Positions 62,701-64,000 of a stretch of 64,000 nucleotides of DNA are shown one piece after another. This DNA comes from Callorhinchus milii (taxonomy: Eukaryota). A program made the position numbers and the translations under genes. The DNA is taken from contig NW_024704771.1 of the NCBI RefSeq assembly GCF_018977255.1, positions 2,418,001-2,482,000 of the forward strand. The letters are read 5' to 3'. How positions within the stretch are numbered: the stretch's first letter is position 1; each line of letters starts with the position of its first letter. Under the pieces are notes generated by a model. The model was not told the DNA's origin. It worked only from the letters and a program-made list of their open reading frames with translations, and did no database searches.

Positions 62701-63694
62701 AATTGTGGAGTCCTGTAGCTCAGTGGTTAGAGCACTCGCTTTGCAAGTGAGAGACCTGAGTTCAATTCCAGGCAGAGGGCCAAACCTTGGGCAAGTTTCC
62801 TTACTCCACACAGAGCCTAATAATAATCCCTCCAAAAAACCAAAAACAATAATTAAATTGGTCATTTTCAATCTACGACTGTTTGTGGGACATTGCTGTG
62901 CGCAATTGGCTGCCGCGTTCGCCCACAAATATACAGTCAATTCACTTTACAGTGTGTTCTGTGAAGCGCTTTGGGACGTCCTCCCGACGTGAAAAGCGCT
63001 ATATCAAATGCAAGGATTATTATTATTATTATTATTAATTGACTGTACATTTTGTGGGTGAAATGCAGCAGCCAATTGTGCACAGCAGTGTCTCACAAAC
63101 AGTCGTGGATTGAGTGACCAATATTTTTTTGTTTGAAGGAATTATTATCCCCGGAAAAGTGATTCGCCAATCGACTAACAGCTGGGTTCCTACTTGCTGC
63201 TAGCTAAACAGAGCCGTGTGGAGTAAAGAAACTTGCCCAATGTTTCGCCCTATGTTTCGGTCTATGCAGCTGGTTGAGAACAGCTACAAAATGATTGCAC
63301 TTAATCATAATCCTTGCATTTCATATAGCGCCTTATCACATCTTCGCGACATCTCAAAGCACTTCACAGAATATACTGTGAAGGGGTAGGAAACTTGCCC
63401 AATATTTTGCTCTGCCGGGAATTTTAACCTAGGTCCCTCACTTGAGGGCAAGTGCTCTAACTACTGAGCTACAGGGCTCCACACAGTCACCTGTGTTGCA
63501 GTGAGAGCTATGTGGATGTTGGGGTTTTATTCAAAGAGAAGGGTATTATTTATCTGCTCTATACGATGGCTTTCTTACCACCACGGGAAATGGAAGGCCA
63601 GGTGCGAAGTGTCGCCGAGTCTTTGATAAATCGATCACATATGGCGTTGCAACAAATGGAATTCCACTCACTTCGGTTTCCTCCAATTCACCAC
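29591..63694 (-). CDS. C4: Complement component C4, exons 10-41 (5' exons lie beyond the window); one apparent frameshift in exon 40
   Basis: 32 exons with GT-AG sites and consistent phases. C4-type motifs: [21 protein letters not shown], beta-alpha junction RRQKR, six-Cys anaphylatoxin ending [24 protein letters not shown] thioester, alpha-gamma junction RSRRKRE (three-chain structure, absent from C3/C5), [31 protein letters not shown]345C end NGCKG*. Confidence 0.93.
30463..30594 (-). CDS. C4: C4 exon 40, contains a 1-nt deletion giving a premature TGA at 30503-30505
   Basis: [19 protein letters not shown] in one frame and [14 protein letters not shown] in the shifted frame; 132 nt where flanking phases require 133. 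Confidence 0.9.
30951..31037 (-). CDS. C4: C4 exon 39
   Basis: [29 protein letters not shown]; 87 nt. Confidence 0.9.
31310..31700 (+). mobile_element. CR1 3' fragment
   Basis: GGAGCAGAGAAGGTTAAGGGGAGATTTAAT..GAGATGTTCAAAATTATGAGGG CR1 ORF2 end. Confidence 0.75.
32176..32268 (-). CDS. C4: C4 exon 38
   Basis: GPCP...[13 protein letters not shown]; 93 nt. Confidence 0.93.
33007..33096 (-). CDS. C4: C4 exon 37
   Basis: KCTVTYSAP...[13 protein letters not shown]; 90 nt. Confidence 0.94.
34105..34207 (-). CDS. C4: C4 exon 36
   Basis: [29 protein letters not shown]; 103 nt. Confidence 0.94.
34215..34575. repeat. Purine-rich (GA)n-type low-complexity tract
   Basis: Direct inspection. Confidence 0.85.
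35534..35608 (-). CDS. C4: C4 exon 35
   Basis: [25 protein letters not shown]; 75 nt. Confidence 0.93.
36089..36191 (-). CDS. C4: C4 exon 34
   Basis: [23 protein letters not shown]; 103 nt. Confidence 0.93.
37468..37870 (+). mobile_element. CR1 3' fragment
   Basis: ORF2 C-terminal signature GAGAAGGTCGAGGGGTGAT...AGGGGGACAAATTCAG. Confidence 0.72.
38129..38273 (-). CDS. C4: C4 exon 33, alpha-gamma junction RSRRKR
   Basis: [30 protein letters not shown]; 145 nt. Confidence 0.92.
38340..38820 (-). mobile_element. L2 fragment
   Basis: Degenerate [18 protein letters not shown] motifs. Confidence 0.7.
38927..39020 (-). CDS. C4: C4 exon 32
   Basis: [31 protein letters not shown]; 94 nt. Confidence 0.92.
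39671..39730 (-). CDS. C4: C4 exon 31
   Basis: [20 protein letters not shown]; 60 nt. Confidence 0.92.
40419..40571 (-). CDS. C4: C4 exon 30
   Basis: [12 protein letters not shown]; 153 nt. Confidence 0.92.
41183..41388 (-). CDS. C4: C4 exon 29
   Basis: VEATSYALL...[16 protein letters not shown]; 206 nt. Confidence 0.95.
41465..41915 (+). mobile_element. L2 LINE 3' end, close relative of the 51965-52830 copy
   Basis: Same C-terminal motifs; tail GGGACGTCCTCCCGACGTGAAAGGCGCT..(TTG)n. Confidence 0.85.
43110..43278 (-). CDS. C4: C4 exon 28
   Basis: SIAKALGFL...[10 protein letters not shown]; 169 nt. Confidence 0.92.
44207..44311 (-). CDS. C4: C4 exon 27
   Basis: [21 protein letters not shown]; 105 nt. 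Confidence 0.92.
44695..45050 (-). mobile_element. CR1 3' fragment
   Basis: Inverted tail CATAGAATTATACAGCACCGAAGGAGGCCATTCGG. Confidence 0.72.
45182..45338 (-). CDS. C4: C4 exon 26, isotype/catalytic segment [13 protein letters not shown]
   Basis: [10 protein letters not shown]...[15 protein letters not shown]; 157 nt. Confidence 0.94.
45964..46039 (-). CDS. C4: C4 exon 25
   Basis: [26 protein letters not shown]; 76 nt. Confidence 0.93.
46918..47121 (-). CDS. C4: C4 exon 24, thioester motif GCAEQ (47033-47047)
   Basis: [41 protein letters not shown]; 204 nt. Confidence 0.96.
48229..48312 (-). CDS. C4: C4 exon 23
   Basis: [18 protein letters not shown]; 84 nt. Confidence 0.88.
49389..49440 (-). 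CDS. C4: C4 exon 22
   Basis: [17 protein letters not shown]; 52 nt. Confidence 0.9.
50680..50886 (-). CDS. C4: C4 exon 21
   Basis: GLCSPAT...[15 protein letters not shown]...[10 protein letters not shown]; 207 nt. Confidence 0.92.
51681..51820 (-). CDS. C4: C4 exon 20
   Basis: GFCVAE...[30 protein letters not shown]; 140 nt. Confidence 0.93.
51965..52830 (-). mobile_element. L2 LINE 3' portion, little diverged
   Basis: [13 protein letters not shown]...VRNLG, then [53 protein letters not shown] and a terminal tail. Confidence 0.85.
53925..54385 (+). mobile_element. CR1 3' fragment
   Basis: [23 protein letters not shown]...FPLVGESRT. Confidence 0.8.
54407..54477 (-). CDS. C4: C4 exon 19
   Basis: [13 protein letters not shown]; 71 nt. 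Confidence 0.93.
55081..55195 (-). CDS. C4: C4 exon 18
   Basis: [27 protein letters not shown]; 115 nt. Confidence 0.92.
55350..55760. repeat. (GACA/GAGA)n simple repeat in C4 intron 17
   Basis: Direct inspection. Confidence 0.9.
55774..55968 (-). CDS. C4: C4 exon 17, anaphylatoxin (C4a) core
   Basis: [20 protein letters not shown]...[10 protein letters not shown]...SVAR; 195 nt. Confidence 0.94.
56190..57290 (+). mobile_element. Cluster of degraded L2 fragments
   Basis: Repeated TTCAAGATCCTCAC..TCCACCAT(C/T)GG.GGC motifs. Confidence 0.6.
57443..57514 (-). CDS. C4: C4 exon 16, beta-alpha processing site RRQKR
   Basis: [24 protein letters not shown]; 72 nt. Confidence 0.9.
57687..57813 (-). 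CDS. C4: C4 exon 15
   Basis: [31 protein letters not shown]; 127 nt. Confidence 0.93.
58536..58685 (-). CDS. C4: C4 exon 14
   Basis: IEVKE...[23 protein letters not shown]; 150 nt. Confidence 0.92.
59000..59340. repeat. AT-rich (ATTAATA) tract and a 10-mer (T(A/T)ACTCT(A/G)TG) tandem repeat
   Basis: Direct inspection. Confidence 0.8.
59379..59573 (-). CDS. C4: C4 exon 13
   Basis: VTNKGRVV...[11 protein letters not shown]...[16 protein letters not shown]; 195 nt. Confidence 0.93.
60369..60566 (-). CDS. C4: C4 exon 12
   Basis: ITAGEG...[12 protein letters not shown]...DYIYYL; 198 nt. Confidence 0.88.
60745..61060 (+). mobile_element. CR1 3' fragment
   Basis: [19 protein letters not shown]2 end. 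Confidence 0.65.
61255..62370. repeat. Minisatellite with a ~14-15 nt unit (TGTGATGGACAGGC / AGTGGATGGACAGGC) in C4 intron 11
   Basis: Direct inspection. Confidence 0.95.
62387..62527 (-). CDS. C4: C4 exon 11
   Basis: [20 protein letters not shown]...ASILSVN; 141 nt. Confidence 0.85.
62707..63036 (+). mobile_element. Young tRNA-derived SINE nested in an older inverted SINE
   Basis: As the 11314 copy; splits an older minus-strand copy at GTGAATTG|ACTG with AATTG on both sides. Confidence 0.85.
63579..63694 (-). CDS. C4: C4 exon 10
   Basis: [39 protein letters not shown]; 116 nt. Confidence 0.93.
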
Positions 63695-64000
63695 CTGCAG
63701 CAAAACACGCGGCTTTAATATTATAATAATAATAAGCCTGGGATTTAATATCACACTGGGAAGTCATCTCAAAGTGCCTGGAAGTATCTATTGTAAATTG
63801 CAGTGGCTATGTGTTTCATAGATGAATGCTGGGGCCAATTTGCACACAGCAACATCCCCACAAAAGCCATGAAGTTAGTGACAATTTTATCTGGGGGATT
63901 GTCAGCCAGGACAATCTCTTTCTCAATAGTGCAGTGGATCTTTAATGCCCACCTGAACAGGTACAGATGGGCTTTGTTAAACGTTTCATTTGAACAATGC

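Noticed and set aside
29591-63694. Assignment as C3, C5 or alpha-2-macroglobulin
   Set aside because: The second basic junction RSRRKR, the thioester (absent in C5), the anaphylatoxin and C345C domains (absent in A2M), and C4-specific motifs all indicate C4

Overview
Vertebrate genomic DNA from a draft assembly (six N gaps), most plausibly a cartilaginous fish (shark or chimaera), judged from the DeuSINE/SacSINE1-like, CR1 and L2 repeat landscape and the protein sequences. The window is a piece of the MHC with two convergent immune genes 4.3 kb apart. (1) A complete 8-exon tapasin gene (TAPBP, + strand, CDS 6118-25296, 457 aa), with a compact GAS/kB/ISRE promoter module and a KxKxx ER-retrieval tail. 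(2) The 3' 32 exons (10-41 by analogy with human) of a complement C4 gene (- strand, 29591-63694). It has both furin-type junctions and an intact GCAEQ thioester, but Ala at the catalytic His/Asp position and a 1-nt frameshift in the penultimate exon. All exon boundaries were traced by hand to GT-AG sites with consistent phases. The best leads are an 'Ala-type' C4 with altered protease-docking elements, a tapasin lacking the ERp57-binding Cys but carrying an extra Cys, a cryptic extra 3' exon of TAPBP, and a possible small unannotated gene head-to-head with TAPBP. Also noted: a partial copy of the last C4 exon, several long hairpins, and a young SINE sharing its tail with an L2 LINE. Most short ORFs in the supplied track are repeat-derived noise.
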